In this document: positions 27,580-37,332 of the stretch, piece after piece
Layout: each line of letters starts with the position of its first letter
Position numbering within the stretch: position 1 is the first letter of the stretch
Assembly (NCBI GenBank): GCA_027492035.1
Contig: JAOZFT010000035.1
Location: forward strand, 32,001 to 96,000
Length of the DNA stretch: 64,000 nucleotides
Source of the DNA: Thermoproteota archaeon
GTDB lineage: Archaea > Korarchaeota > JAOZGF01 > JAOZFZ01
Direction: 5' to 3'
Made by a program: the position numbers and the translations under genes
The notes under the pieces: model-generated
What the model was told of the DNA's origin: nothing
The model's input: the letters and a program-made list of their open reading frames with translations, nothing else
The model's database searches: none

Positions 27580-28791
27580 CTAGATTTCCTCCTCTTCTAA
27601 AGAACTTAAATAATCCTTAATTGCTCTAAAATAAATCTCAGCAACCTTAAATATGGATTTAATATTAACCCATTCATTTTTACTGTGAGCTCCCTCTCCA
27701 TCAGGCCCAAAACCACATATACACGGTACACCGTGAGTTATAAACATCCATCCGTCATTCCAAGGTCCACACCCCTCAACTTTAGGTTTAAACCCTAAAA
27801 CATCAAAAAAAACTTTAACTAAAACATTAACAATTTCTTCATCCGGAGAAATTTCAACTGGAGGTACGTAAAGCAAATCCTCTAAAACATAATCAACACC
27901 CAAACCCTCCAACCTACTCCTAATTAAGTTTTTCACTTGCTCTTTATTATTGCTAGGAAGTAATCTAACATCTCCATAAGCTACACATTCATCAGGGACC
28001 ATGTTAACACCTTTACCGCCTTCAATCAACGTTGGAAAAGTAAAAACAGGTTTCCTACCTGGAAAAGTTTTACTTGGAACAAAAGGAACCTCCAAACCTT
28101 TCAAAGCATTAATTACTTTAAACATATCTAAAACAGCGTTTCTTCCTCTCCACCTCCTCTCCCACTCCAGTAAACCGGTGTGAACAGCTTCACCGAAAAC
28201 TTTAATCCTAAACCTGTAACCTCCACGATGGCCAATGGTCACCCTTTCACAACCAGGTTCCCCAATAATTGCAGCGTCTCCCTTTAAACCATGTTTTAAA
28301 AGAAAAAGGGTTCCGTAACTGGAACAAGCACAAGGTTCCTCGTCAACAACAAAAGTTAAAATTAACTTGCCCTGTAAGTCGTCTTCAAAATTAAGCAGCC
28401 TCTTAGTTACGTAAACAAAAATCCCTAAAGAAGCCTTCATATCCAAAGAACCTAAACCATACAATTTACCATTCTTCACTTCACCAGAAAAAGGGTTAAA
28501 GCTGTAGCCTGCAGCCGGTGGAACAGTGTCCATGTGACCATTTAAGACCAAAGTTTTACCTTTACCAAACTTAACTTCAGCTACAACGTTGGGTCTGAAA
28601 AGGGAAACTCCTTTAAACACAGGGGATAAACCAAATTTCTCCAATTCATCAAAAACAGCTCTAGCAACATTTAACTCAACAGGTTCATCAGCTAAACTTC
28701 CACCAGGCTTAAAAAAATTAACACTTTTAATCCTAACAATTTTCCGAATAAACTTCAACATTTCAAAATTTAACTGCTGCAATGGCTCCAA
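27580..28791 (-). CDS. M20 metallopeptidase/deacylase (ArgE/DapE family)
   Basis: NGHMDTV, GLGSLDMK, DEE, GEP, GAHSKNE. Confidence 0.9.
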   Translation of the reverse strand: MEPLQQLNFEMLKFIRKIVRIKSVNFFKPGGSLADEPVELNVARAVFDELEKFGLSPVFKGVSLFRPNVVAEVKFGKGKTLVLNGHMDTVPPAAGYSFNPFSGEVKNGKLYGLGSLDMKASLGIFVYVTKRLLNFEDDLQGKLILTFVVDEEPCACSSYGTLFLLKHGLKGDAAIIGEPGCERVTIGHRGGYRFRIKVFGEAVHTGLLEWERRWRGRNAVLDMFKVINALKGLEVPFVPSKTFPGRKPVFTFPTLIEGGKGVNMVPDECVAYGDVRLLPSNNKEQVKNLIRSRLEGLGVDYVLEDLLYVPPVEISPDEEIVNVLVKVFFDVLGFKPKVEGCGPWNDGWMFITHGVPCICGFGPDGEGAHSKNEWVNIKSIFKVAEIYFRAIKDYLSSLEEEEI

Positions 28792-28966
28792 AAAACAACT
28801 CCCCCAAGATTCCTTTAAACAAAATTTCTTTAAAAAAATAAAAAGCTAAGAAGTTTTATTAAGTTTATTAAAAACGTTAATTTTAAATAAAAGCATAAAC
28901 ATTTCCAGCATCGAATCCCTTCCATCAATAAATATTTATTTAAACAGTGAAAAGGTGAAGTAAAAC

Positions 28967-31564
28967 TTGAAACACGCATTAAGGAAGAGAGTAAACCCTA
29001 GAAAGAAGTCTTCCCTAATATTCACCTTAATACTTATAACAACCCTCCTTTTAATTGCTCAAATACCTTACCAAACTGCAGCAGTAAAAATTAACAAGAA
29101 AAACTCTGAAATAGCCTCCGTAACTTTAGAACCAGTAAAGGATAACTATCTCACTGACCACTACCCAACTAGTTCATTCGGAGGATTGACCTTTCTAGTA
29201 ATTGGAGCGTATGTTCCGGCAGGAACCACTTACCGGTACCGACCCATTTTGCAATTCGATCTTAGCAGCATCCCTTCAGGTTCCACAATAACAAGTGCAA
29301 AGTTAAGGTTAACAAAATGTTGCGCGACAGGGGGGCCAGGTGGTAACTTTTATGTCTATGTTTATAGGTTAACAACTAACTGGGATGAAACTCACTCTTC
29401 TTGGAATTATAAAGAAACCGGGGTCTTGTGGGCGCATCCTGGAGGAGATTATTCAGGGTACTATGGTTCTTTTTATGTCACATCTGGTGTTGCTTACGGA
29501 ACCCATTTTGAAGTTGACGTAACAAATCTGGTTAAGAAATGGGTGGATGGCACTTACCCAAACTACGGGATATTGCTTAGATCATCTGTTGAGAGCAGTG
29601 CTACTACGAACTGGATTAAATTTGCTTCAAAAGAATATAGTGATTCAGACTGGAGGCCTAAACTAATTATTGAGTATACTCCCCCAGTTACTCCCACTAT
29701 CACTTTAACACCTACTCCTGTTTCTAGAAGTGTTGAGCAGGGAAGTTCAACTAGTTACTTAGTTTCTGTTACAGCTACCGCTGTTTCCGGTGATATTGGT
29801 TTAACTGTTTCTGGTCTGCCTTCCGGTGCAACCTACAGTTTCACCAGCAACAACCAACCTGCCCCTTACACTTCAACTTTAACAATTTCAACCAGCGGCA
29901 CAACACCAACTGGAACCTACACTTTAACCATTACCGGCGCCGGTGGAGGTGTAACAGGTACTGCTCATGTTACTTTAGAAGTTACTGCCCCAGCTGTTAC
30001 ACCTGACTTTTCTATCGATGTTTCCCCGAATTCTCAAACAGTTTCTCCTGGCAACAGTGTCGATTACAGTGTTTCTGTTAATCCTTCACCGATTTTTTCA
30101 AACCCTGTTTCTTTAACTGTTTCTGGTCTGCCTTCCGGTGCAACCTACAGTTTCACCAGCAACAACCAAGTTCCAGGTTTCACTTCAACTCTGAGCATTT
30201 CCACTTCAAGCTCTACTCCAACTGGAACCTACACTTTAACCGTTACAGGTTCAAGTGGGAGCTTAACTCACAGTGAAACAGTAACTTTGGTTGTTAGTCC
30301 TGCTGCTGATTTCTCAATAAGTGTCACTCCACCTAACTTAGCTGTTAAGGCTGGTGAAAGAGCTAACTTTGCAGTTACAATAACCCATATAGGAGGGTTT
30401 AGTTCCTCTACCCAAATTTTAATTTCTGTTGAAGGGTTACCCTCAGATGCTTCCCCCTCCTTGTCTTCATTCACAACTACAAGTACAGGGAGACATGGGT
30501 ATTTACGTATAGCTACAGGCTCAACTACTGGCACATTTCCTTTGACGATTATAGCCACTGGAGGAGGAAAAACTCACACTGCAGCTGTGACTTTAACCAT
30601 TACTCCAGGAGGTGCTACCCCCACAGCTTCACCTACTGCTTCCCCTTCGGCTCCACCCACAGCTTCACCTACTCCTTCCCCTTCACCTACTCCTTCCCCT
30701 GGAGCCTTTGATTTCACTTTAACTCTTTCTCCTTCAAGCAGTGAAATTTTCCAAGGTGAAGTTGCTACGTTTGTTGTTCAAGCTAGTCTTGTTTCAGGCA
30801 CTGCTCAACCTTTAACATTAACTGTTTCTGGTCTGCCAAGCGATGCTACTTACACATTTAACCCACCTACTGTAACTCCTACAGGTACTTCAACCTTAAC
30901 TGTTACGGCTGGTTCATCAACTGGTTCATTCACCTTCGTCATTACTGCCAGTGGTGGGGGCTTAACTAAAACAGTGACTGGTTCCTTAAAAATTTCAACT
31001 AAGAAATGCATAATTGCTACTGCTACATATGGTTCTGAGCTTTCAAGTGAAGTAATGTTCCTAAGAAAATTCAGAAACAATTTAATACTGAAAACTTACA
31101 GTGGTAAACAGTTCTATAAAGTTTTTGATGCATTCTATTACTCTTTCAGTCCCCAGGTTGCTCAATTTATTTTGGAACATCCACAAATTAAACCTTTAAT
31201 GAAAGCTCTACTTTACCCGTTAATGGCTTCTCTGCATGTTTCTGCTTTAACTCAGCCCTTGTTCAGTTTAAACCCTGAACTTGGAACAATTACTGCCGGT
31301 TTAATTGCTAGTGCTTTAATAGGATTGCTTTACTTAACACCTTTACTTATAGCTTTAAGTTTCATAGTTAGAGGGTGGAATTGGAAAACTAGAAAATTAG
31401 TTCTTGTTTTCGCAACTGCTTCCTTAACTTCCTTTGTTACACTGGTCAGTGGAACAATTCTCTCTATAGATTACTTAACAATGCTTTCCTCTGCAGTGTT
31501 TGTAGTTTCTACAATGTTACTTACTCCGTCAACTTTTCTTATTGGTTTACTTAAAAATAAATAA
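28967..31564 (+). CDS. Large surface (glyco)protein: DNRLRE-like domain, four Thr/Ser-rich Ig-like repeats, Pro/Ser linker, CFI-box-CTERM sorting domain and TM helices
   Basis: LQFDLSSIPSGSTITSAKLRL, NYGILL, RPKLIIEY; repeated DFS..SP..GLPS..GTYTLT units; KCIIATATYGSELSSEVMFLRKFRN..YYSFSP. Confidence 0.85.
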   Translation: MKHALRKRVNPRKKSSLIFTLILITTLLLIAQIPYQTAAVKINKKNSEIASVTLEPVKDNYLTDHYPTSSFGGLTFLVIGAYVPAGTTYRYRPILQFDLSSIPSGSTITSAKLRLTKCCATGGPGGNFYVYVYRLTTNWDETHSSWNYKETGVLWAHPGGDYSGYYGSFYVTSGVAYGTHFEVDVTNLVKKWVDGTYPNYGILLRSSVESSATTNWIKFASKEYSDSDWRPKLIIEYTPPVTPTITLTPTPVSRSVEQGSSTSYLVSVTATAVSGDIGLTVSGLPSGATYSFTSNNQPAPYTSTLTISTSGTTPTGTYTLTITGAGGGVTGTAHVTLEVTAPAVTPDFSIDVSPNSQTVSPGNSVDYSVSVNPSPIFSNPVSLTVSGLPSGATYSFTSNNQVPGFTSTLSISTSSSTPTGTYTLTVTGSSGSLTHSETVTLVVSPAADFSISVTPPNLAVKAGERANFAVTITHIGGFSSSTQILISVEGLPSDASPSLSSFTTTSTGRHGYLRIATGSTTGTFPLTIIATGGGKTHTAAVTLTITPGGATPTASPTASPSAPPTASPTPSPSPTPSPGAFDFTLTLSPSSSEIFQGEVATFVVQASLVSGTAQPLTLTVSGLPSDATYTFNPPTVTPTGTSTLTVTAGSSTGSFTFVITASGGGLTKTVTGSLKISTKKCIIATATYGSELSSEVMFLRKFRNNLILKTYSGKQFYKVFDAFYYSFSPQVAQFILEHPQIKPLMKALLYPLMASLHVSALTQPLFSLNPELGTITAGLIASALIGLLYLTPLLIALSFIVRGWNWKTRKLVLVFATASLTSFVTLVSGTILSIDYLTMLSSAVFVVSTMLLTPSTFLIGLLKNK
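29800..30169 (+). repeat. 58-bp exact direct repeat (29800-29857 and 30112-30169), period 312 bp
   Basis: tttaactgtttctggtctgccttccggtgcaacctacagtttcaccagcaacaaccaa occurs twice; ccaactggaacctacactttaacc also repeats at +312; partial third copy near 30818. Confidence 0.9.
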
Positions 31565-31584
31565 TAAAGTAAGGAACCTTTAAT

Positions 31585-31614
31585 TCACCTTTTTTTTCTT
31601 TTTTAATTCTTTTC
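31585..31614 (+). terminator. T-rich terminator candidate between convergent genes
   Basis: cctttttttttcttttttaattcttttc-like T tract after the surface-protein stop. Confidence 0.4.
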
Positions 31615-31620
31615 TGAATA

Positions 31621-32742
31621 TTAGTTGCCTATTGTTACTGTTTCATGGATGTGCTCCATTATATCTCTAACTTGAACTCTTACTTTCCATTCTATCTGGT
31701 TTAATTGTTTCTGAAGTGTTTCTTCACAGGTTGGGCAAGCTGAAACAATTACTTCAGGTTTAGTTGAAAGAAGGTCTTTAAGTCTTTTTTTTGCTATTTC
31801 CTCAGCTATTTTGGGATTTGAAAACCTAAGTAAGCCTCCACTTCCGCAACAAAATGTTTCCTTGCCTTTATGTGGAGGACTCAATATTTTCACTCCTGTT
31901 TTTCTTAAAAGAAACCTAGGTTCATTTACTATGTTTAGCTGTCTAGCTAGTATGCAAGGGTCATGATAAACTACCCTTTCTTTCTCCCTGTACTTTCCAA
32001 TTTTAATTTTTCCTTTATTTACTAGTTCGATTAAGAAGGAAGTTATGTGTTTAATTCTCTTTTTTATTTTTAAACCGTATTTGGGATATATTTCTTTGAA
32101 CGTGTAAGTACAGCTTGGACATAAAGTAATTATTTCCTTAACTTCTAAATTGTTTATTTCTTCAGCATTCACTTTCCCTATCTCTATAAACTCTTTTTTG
32201 AACCCTGCTTGAAGTAAAGGTAAACCGCAACATTTCTCATGGACAGGTGAAGTCATGAACCCTGTTTTTGTTTTTCTTAAAAAATTGATTACAGCTTCCA
32301 CTGTCTTGCCTCTAAATCTTGAGGCTGAACAACCTATATAGAGAAGTACTTCAGGTTTTCCTTCTTTCTCGCCTGCATACTTTTCAGAGTACTCCATTCC
32401 GAAAAGGTTCATTTTTTCCGTTATTTCTTTTACTTGTTTCAAATAGAAGGGCACTAAATTATTTTCTCCAAGTTCCTCCTTTATTTTTCTCAACTCTTCC
32501 CCCAAAGAAATGTTTAACGGACAAATTATTTGACAGGCTGAACATTCAGTGCAAAGGTAGAAAAGATTAACTGAGTTTGTGACGTCCAAAATCTTCTTTT
32601 TAAGATATAAGTAAGCTACTCTAGCTTTTCCTGAAGGTGAAACTGTTTCTGTGTTTTTTGCAAGAAAAACTGGGCAATTTGCTCCGCAAATGTTTGGACA
32701 GACTGAACAAATTAAAATGTTTCTGTATTTTCCTCTCCACAT
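31621..32742 (-). CDS. Fe-S oxidoreductase, GlpC/HdrD/GlcF-like (two 4Fe-4S motifs plus two CCG domains)
   Basis: CSVCPNICGANCP, CTECSACQIICP, KCCG, CPSC, YHDPC, FCCG, ACPTC. Confidence 0.88.
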   Translation of the reverse strand: MWRGKYRNILICSVCPNICGANCPVFLAKNTETVSPSGKARVAYLYLKKKILDVTNSVNLFYLCTECSACQIICPLNISLGEELRKIKEELGENNLVPFYLKQVKEITEKMNLFGMEYSEKYAGEKEGKPEVLLYIGCSASRFRGKTVEAVINFLRKTKTGFMTSPVHEKCCGLPLLQAGFKKEFIEIGKVNAEEINNLEVKEIITLCPSCTYTFKEIYPKYGLKIKKRIKHITSFLIELVNKGKIKIGKYREKERVVYHDPCILARQLNIVNEPRFLLRKTGVKILSPPHKGKETFCCGSGGLLRFSNPKIAEEIAKKRLKDLLSTKPEVIVSACPTCEETLQKQLNQIEWKVRVQVRDIMEHIHETVTIGN

Positions 32743-32777
32743 ATTAATAATCCTTCTTTCAAATGTTTTCCAAAAAT

Positions 32778-34229
32778 TTAGATGAGTTTACCTGGATTCA
32801 TTATTTCTGAGGAATCGAAAACTTCCTTTATTTTCTTTAGTAACCTATATGTTGATTCACCTATTTCTTCTTTTAACCACTTCTTTCTAAGTAGCCCTAT
32901 TCCATGGTGGTGACTTATTGTTCCACCTGACTCTAAACATGCTTTCATGGCTTTGCTCCAGAAGTTAAAGTAGAAATCTTCAAGTTTAACGTCTTCCGGA
33001 GGTATCCCCCCTATTGTAAAGTAAAGACATGCTCCGTTAAGGTAGAAATGAGAAGCATGAGCTGAAGATAATAGTACCCCCTCTATGGAAGATATTTCTT
33101 TTTTCATTTTTCTATAAAGAGTAGGTATTTTGCTCCAAGTTGCAGCTACTTCAACTGTGTCAAAAACAACTTTCATTGGTAAATATTGGGAAATATCTGT
33201 TATGACATCGAATCTTTCATTCAGCCATTTTTTCACGGGTTCTTCGCCGCAATTTTTAGCTCCTTCATTTTTGCAGATTCTTTCGATTGCTTTCTTCTCC
33301 TGTCCAGTTATTTCCTTCATTCCCTCAACAATGAAAATACCTAACGACTCCCTATCCTCAGTAAAATCTTGAAATTTCAGCTCTGTCTCGTCTTCATCAT
33401 ATAAACGTATAACTGCAGGGTAAATCCCCTTTCTTAAAATCTTTCTTGCCGCTTCCAAACTTTCGGTGAAGCTTTTAAATTTAAAGGATAAAAGCTTTTT
33501 TTCCTCTGGTAAAGGCCAAATTTTAAGTGTTGCTTTAGTTATTACTCCTATTGTTCCTTCAGAGCCTAGAAATAATTTTTCAATTTCTGGGCCTGTGGAG
33601 GAAGCTGGTTTAATTTTGGAATTAATTATTTCGCCATTAGGTAAAACTGCTTCTAAACCTAAAACTAAATTTTCTATTTTCCCATATTTTGTTGAAAACT
33701 GTCCTGCAGCTTTAGTAGCTATCCATCCGCCTAATGTAGAAGCTGGGAGAGATTGAGGAATATGCCTGGAAGTGTATCCTCTAGAATTAAGTTTCTCTTC
33801 CAGTATTTTTCCGTTTATTCCAGCTTCAGCAGTGACTGTTAAGTCTAAATCATTTATTTCAATTATTTTGTTCATTTTTTTTAAATCTATAACTATTCCC
33901 CCTTTTAAAGGAACTACTCCCCCTGTAACGCTTGTTCCTCCTCCATAGGGGATCACAGGCACTTTTTCTTCCTTTGCTAACTTAAGGATTTCTGAAACTT
34001 GCTCAGTGTTAATGGGCCATGTGACGAAGTTAGGAAGTGAAGGCAAGTACCCCTTAAGAAACCATTGAAGAGAAATTGGCCAATAACCTCTTGAGTAAGA
34101 AATAAGGTCTATTTCTTTTTCAGAGAAGTTTTTTTCATCTAATATCTTAACAAGTTTTTTCTTGATTCTCCTCTTCTTTTCTTCTGGAAACTTGATTTTA
34201 CCTGTGTAAATTTCCTTGTAGTTATTCAT
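32778..34229 (-). CDS. FAD-linked oxidase, alkyl-dihydroxyacetonephosphate synthase (AGPS)-like
   Basis: PYGGGTSVTGG, HIPQS..STLGGWIAT, YGKIE, GSEGTIG, GACLYFT, SHHHGIG, MNPGKL. Confidence 0.85.
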   Translation of the reverse strand: MNNYKEIYTGKIKFPEEKKRRIKKKLVKILDEKNFSEKEIDLISYSRGYWPISLQWFLKGYLPSLPNFVTWPINTEQVSEILKLAKEEKVPVIPYGGGTSVTGGVVPLKGGIVIDLKKMNKIIEINDLDLTVTAEAGINGKILEEKLNSRGYTSRHIPQSLPASTLGGWIATKAAGQFSTKYGKIENLVLGLEAVLPNGEIINSKIKPASSTGPEIEKLFLGSEGTIGVITKATLKIWPLPEEKKLLSFKFKSFTESLEAARKILRKGIYPAVIRLYDEDETELKFQDFTEDRESLGIFIVEGMKEITGQEKKAIERICKNEGAKNCGEEPVKKWLNERFDVITDISQYLPMKVVFDTVEVAATWSKIPTLYRKMKKEISSIEGVLLSSAHASHFYLNGACLYFTIGGIPPEDVKLEDFYFNFWSKAMKACLESGGTISHHHGIGLLRKKWLKEEIGESTYRLLKKIKEVFDSSEIMNPGKLI

Positions 34230-35718
34230 TTTTGCTTAACCATTCCCTAGATCTTTCAACTGCCCTTTTCCAGTTTAAGTAAAGTGTTTCTATTTTTTTC
34301 TCTTCAATTCCTGGTTTAAACACCTTATCAACTTCTCTTCTTTCCGTTATTTCTTTAAGAGAATTGTAGATACCTGCTCCTAAACAGGCAAGATAAGCTG
34401 CACCCAAACTTGTAGCTTCCGAAACTTTAGTTCTCTCAACTTCCAAGTTTAAACAATCAGCCATAAATTGGGCAACAAAATTATTCTTGGAAACTCCCCC
34501 GTCCAGCCTTAACTTTTCAATTTTAAGTTTTAAATCCTTTTCCATAACTTCCACGATATCCTTTACTCTGTAAACTATTGACTCCAGAACAGCTCTAACT
34601 ATATTTTCTCTGCTTATTTCTCTAGTTAAACCTATCAGTAACCCGCGTGCGTAAGAATCCCAGTAAGGGGAAGATAAACCTGTGAAAGCAGGTACAAAAT
34701 AAACTCCTTTGTTGCTTCCAGCTTTAAAAGCCAGTTTTTCTGATTCATCAACTTCCTTAATGATTTTCAAGTTATCTTTTAACCAAAGAACAGCTTCACC
34801 TGCCACATATGAGTAACCTTCAACCATAAAAAATGTTTTGCCGTTTATTTTCCAAGCCACTAAAGGAACTAGGCCGTGGCCGGGGATTTTAAACTTTCTT
34901 CCTATGTTGACATCTACAAACCCTCCTGAGCCTAAAGTGCATTTTGTGTCTCCCTTACTGAAACATGCTTCACCGAAAAGGGCTGATTGCTGATCCCCTG
35001 TAGCAGAAATTATCTCTAAAGGTTCTCCAAAAAATGATTTATCTACGTAGCCAAATCCTCCATTGGTTTCCCTTATTTCAGGAAGTATTTCTGAAGGAAT
35101 TCCAAACATTTCAAGTAAATCTTCCCACCAAGTAAGTTCAAAATAATCAAACATTCCTGTAGAGCTTGCGTTTGAAAAATCTGTAGCGTGAATTTTCCCT
35201 TTAGTTAATCTCCAAATAATGTATGTGTCTATTGTGCCGAAAATTATTTTTCCATTTTTGATTTTCTCTCTTATATCATTAACGTTTTCAATTAACCACT
35301 TAATGTACATTGAGGAAAGGGAAGGGTTAAATATTCTCTGAAGCTCTTCAGGCATTTCTTCACCGTATTCCCTCTTCATTTCAGCACTTAACTGAGAAGT
35401 TCTTGTATCCATCCAAGTTAAAGCGTTATATACAGGTAATCCCTTATCCTTATCCCAAAGTATCGTAGTTAATCTCTGGTTAGTAACAGCTAAACCTTTA
35501 ACTTCACTTACTTCAACTTTGCTCTTAACCAAAACCTTCTTTAAAACTTTTAAACTTTTTTTAAAAATTGTTTCAGGGTCTTGTTCGACCCAGCCGGGTT
35601 TAGGGTGTTTCAAAGGAAGTTTCTCAGAAACTGAAGCTAGAAAACCTTTCTCTTCATCGTAAACGAATGCCTTTACGTTTCTTGTCCCTTCATCTAAAAT
35701 TAAAATATATTTTTCCAA
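34222..35718 (-). CDS. glpK: FGGY glycerol-kinase-family kinase, GK5/Archaeoglobus-like subgroup
   Basis: PGWVEQDP, TNQR, FGTIDT, GDQQSALFG, VPAFTGL; NASST and GDTKCTLGSGGFVDVN resemble GK5. Confidence 0.8.
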   Translation of the reverse strand: MEKYILILDEGTRNVKAFVYDEEKGFLASVSEKLPLKHPKPGWVEQDPETIFKKSLKVLKKVLVKSKVEVSEVKGLAVTNQRLTTILWDKDKGLPVYNALTWMDTRTSQLSAEMKREYGEEMPEELQRIFNPSLSSMYIKWLIENVNDIREKIKNGKIIFGTIDTYIIWRLTKGKIHATDFSNASSTGMFDYFELTWWEDLLEMFGIPSEILPEIRETNGGFGYVDKSFFGEPLEIISATGDQQSALFGEACFSKGDTKCTLGSGGFVDVNIGRKFKIPGHGLVPLVAWKINGKTFFMVEGYSYVAGEAVLWLKDNLKIIKEVDESEKLAFKAGSNKGVYFVPAFTGLSSPYWDSYARGLLIGLTREISRENIVRAVLESIVYRVKDIVEVMEKDLKLKIEKLRLDGGVSKNNFVAQFMADCLNLEVERTKVSEATSLGAAYLACLGAGIYNSLKEITERREVDKVFKPGIEEKKIETLYLNWKRAVERSREWLSKNE

Positions 35719-35728
35719 TTTATTTTCC

Positions 35729-36088
35729 TCAAACCCTTTTAACTCTCCGTGAAGCTACAACTTTAACATTTTCAACTAAAAAATCCTTAATTATTACTTG
35801 TCCAGTTTTTACAGGTGCTTCAACTTCTACGTAAGCCAGCTTTTTCATTGCTTCCATCAAAACTTTTCTAGGCAGAGGTTTACTTGTTTTTATAGGTAAA
35901 AACTTTATTTCTCCATTCTTTACAGGTACAGTAGTAGTTAATATCCTAACAGGATTCAAAGCTTCTGTTTTTGCAAACTTTAAGCCTTTCTCACATTTAT
36001 TACCTTTAACTGACACTTCCCCCTTTTCAACTGTGATAACTACTTCACAGCCTACAGGACAAACTATACAAATGATTTTTTTCTTCAA
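35729..36088 (-). CDS. DUF1667 small subunit (CxxCPxGC)
   Basis: CIVCPVGC, GNKCEKG, RILTTTV, APVKTG; usual partner of archaeal/firmicute G3P dehydrogenase. Confidence 0.88.
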   Translation of the reverse strand: MKKKIICIVCPVGCEVVITVEKGEVSVKGNKCEKGLKFAKTEALNPVRILTTTVPVKNGEIKFLPIKTSKPLPRKVLMEAMKKLAYVEVEAPVKTGQVIIKDFLVENVKVVASRRVKRV

Positions 36089-37332
36089 CTTTTCCTCACT
36101 AATTTAAAAGTTATTTTCTCACCTTTTATTTTTAGCAATTCCTCCCTTTTCAAATTTACTTTAACCATTTCATTTGGTTTAATTTTTTGGAAGTATTTTC
36201 TCCAATTTATTTCTTTAATTGAAAGAAAAACTTTTTCTTCAGGTTTCTTCACTCTTAAATAAAACGAAACGTCCTTTAAGCAAGTCACTCTTTGAGGAAC
36301 AACAAATTTTATTTTTTTGTTAAAAGAAACCTTTCTTTCTTCTGCTTTTTTCATTCCTTTTTTTAAGTAAAAATTCACTCCCTCAGCTGCGGTTTCAGCG
36401 TTTTCTACAACATAATCAACTAAATCAAATATTACTAAACTGTTTCCGCAAGAGAACAGAAAGGGAGCTGTTGTTTGGAAGTAGTCATTAACTACTGGCC
36501 CTAAAGTATTACTGTCCATTTCAATACCTATTTCACTAACTAATTCGTTTTCAGGTACTAATCCAACGGAAAAAATTACTGTGTCACATTTTATTTCTTT
36601 CTCGGTTCCTTTTAAAGGATTTAAGTTTTCATCCACTTTAACTATCTTAATTCTTTCCACTCTTTCCCTTCCTCTTATTTCTGTAGCTGCATGGCTTAAA
36701 TAAAGTGGTATGTTGAAGTCCTGAAGGCATTGAACAATGTTTCTTTGTAACCCTCCAGGGTAAGGCATTATTTCAATCACTCCTTTCACCTTAACTCCTT
36801 CCAATGTTAATCTTCTGGCCATAATTAACCCTACATCTCCTGAACCTATAATTACTGCTTCTTTCCCTGGAAGATAGCCTTCAATATTGATAAGTTTCTG
36901 AACTAAACCTGCTGTAAAAACTCCTGCTGGTCTGTCACCCGGAATTTTAACATCCCATCTTGTCTTCTCTCTAGCTCCAGTGGCTAAAATTACAGCTTTA
37001 GATTTTATTTTCATTACTCCCAATTTCTTGTTTACAGCTATAACTTCTCCTTTTCTACTTATTTTTAGGGCTGTTGTGTCAGTGAATGTTCCTATACCAA
37101 TTTCTTCAACTTTATCTATAAATCTTTGAATGAATTCAGGCCCTGTTAATTCTTCTTTGAAATATTTTAAACCGAAACCTGGATGTATACATTGAGGAAG
37201 TACACCCCCTAAATATTTCTCTCTTTCAATCACCACCTGGTTAGTTAAACCTAGTTTGTAAGCCTTAATTGAAGCAGCTAAACCTGCAGGACCTGAACCT
37301 ATAACCACTAAATCAACTTTCCTCTCAATCAT
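36085..37332 (-). CDS. FAD/NAD(P)-dependent oxidoreductase subunit of the G3P dehydrogenase complex
   Basis: GSGPAG, LPQCIHPGFG, ELTGPE, GSGDVGLIMARRLTLEG. Confidence 0.88.
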   Translation of the reverse strand: MIERKVDLVVIGSGPAGLAASIKAYKLGLTNQVVIEREKYLGGVLPQCIHPGFGLKYFKEELTGPEFIQRFIDKVEEIGIGTFTDTTALKISRKGEVIAVNKKLGVMKIKSKAVILATGAREKTRWDVKIPGDRPAGVFTAGLVQKLINIEGYLPGKEAVIIGSGDVGLIMARRLTLEGVKVKGVIEIMPYPGGLQRNIVQCLQDFNIPLYLSHAATEIRGRERVERIKIVKVDENLNPLKGTEKEIKCDTVIFSVGLVPENELVSEIGIEMDSNTLGPVVNDYFQTTAPFLFSCGNSLVIFDLVDYVVENAETAAEGVNFYLKKGMKKAEERKVSFNKKIKFVVPQRVTCLKDVSFYLRVKKPEEKVFLSIKEINWRKYFQKIKPNEMVKVNLKREELLKIKGEKITFKLVRKS

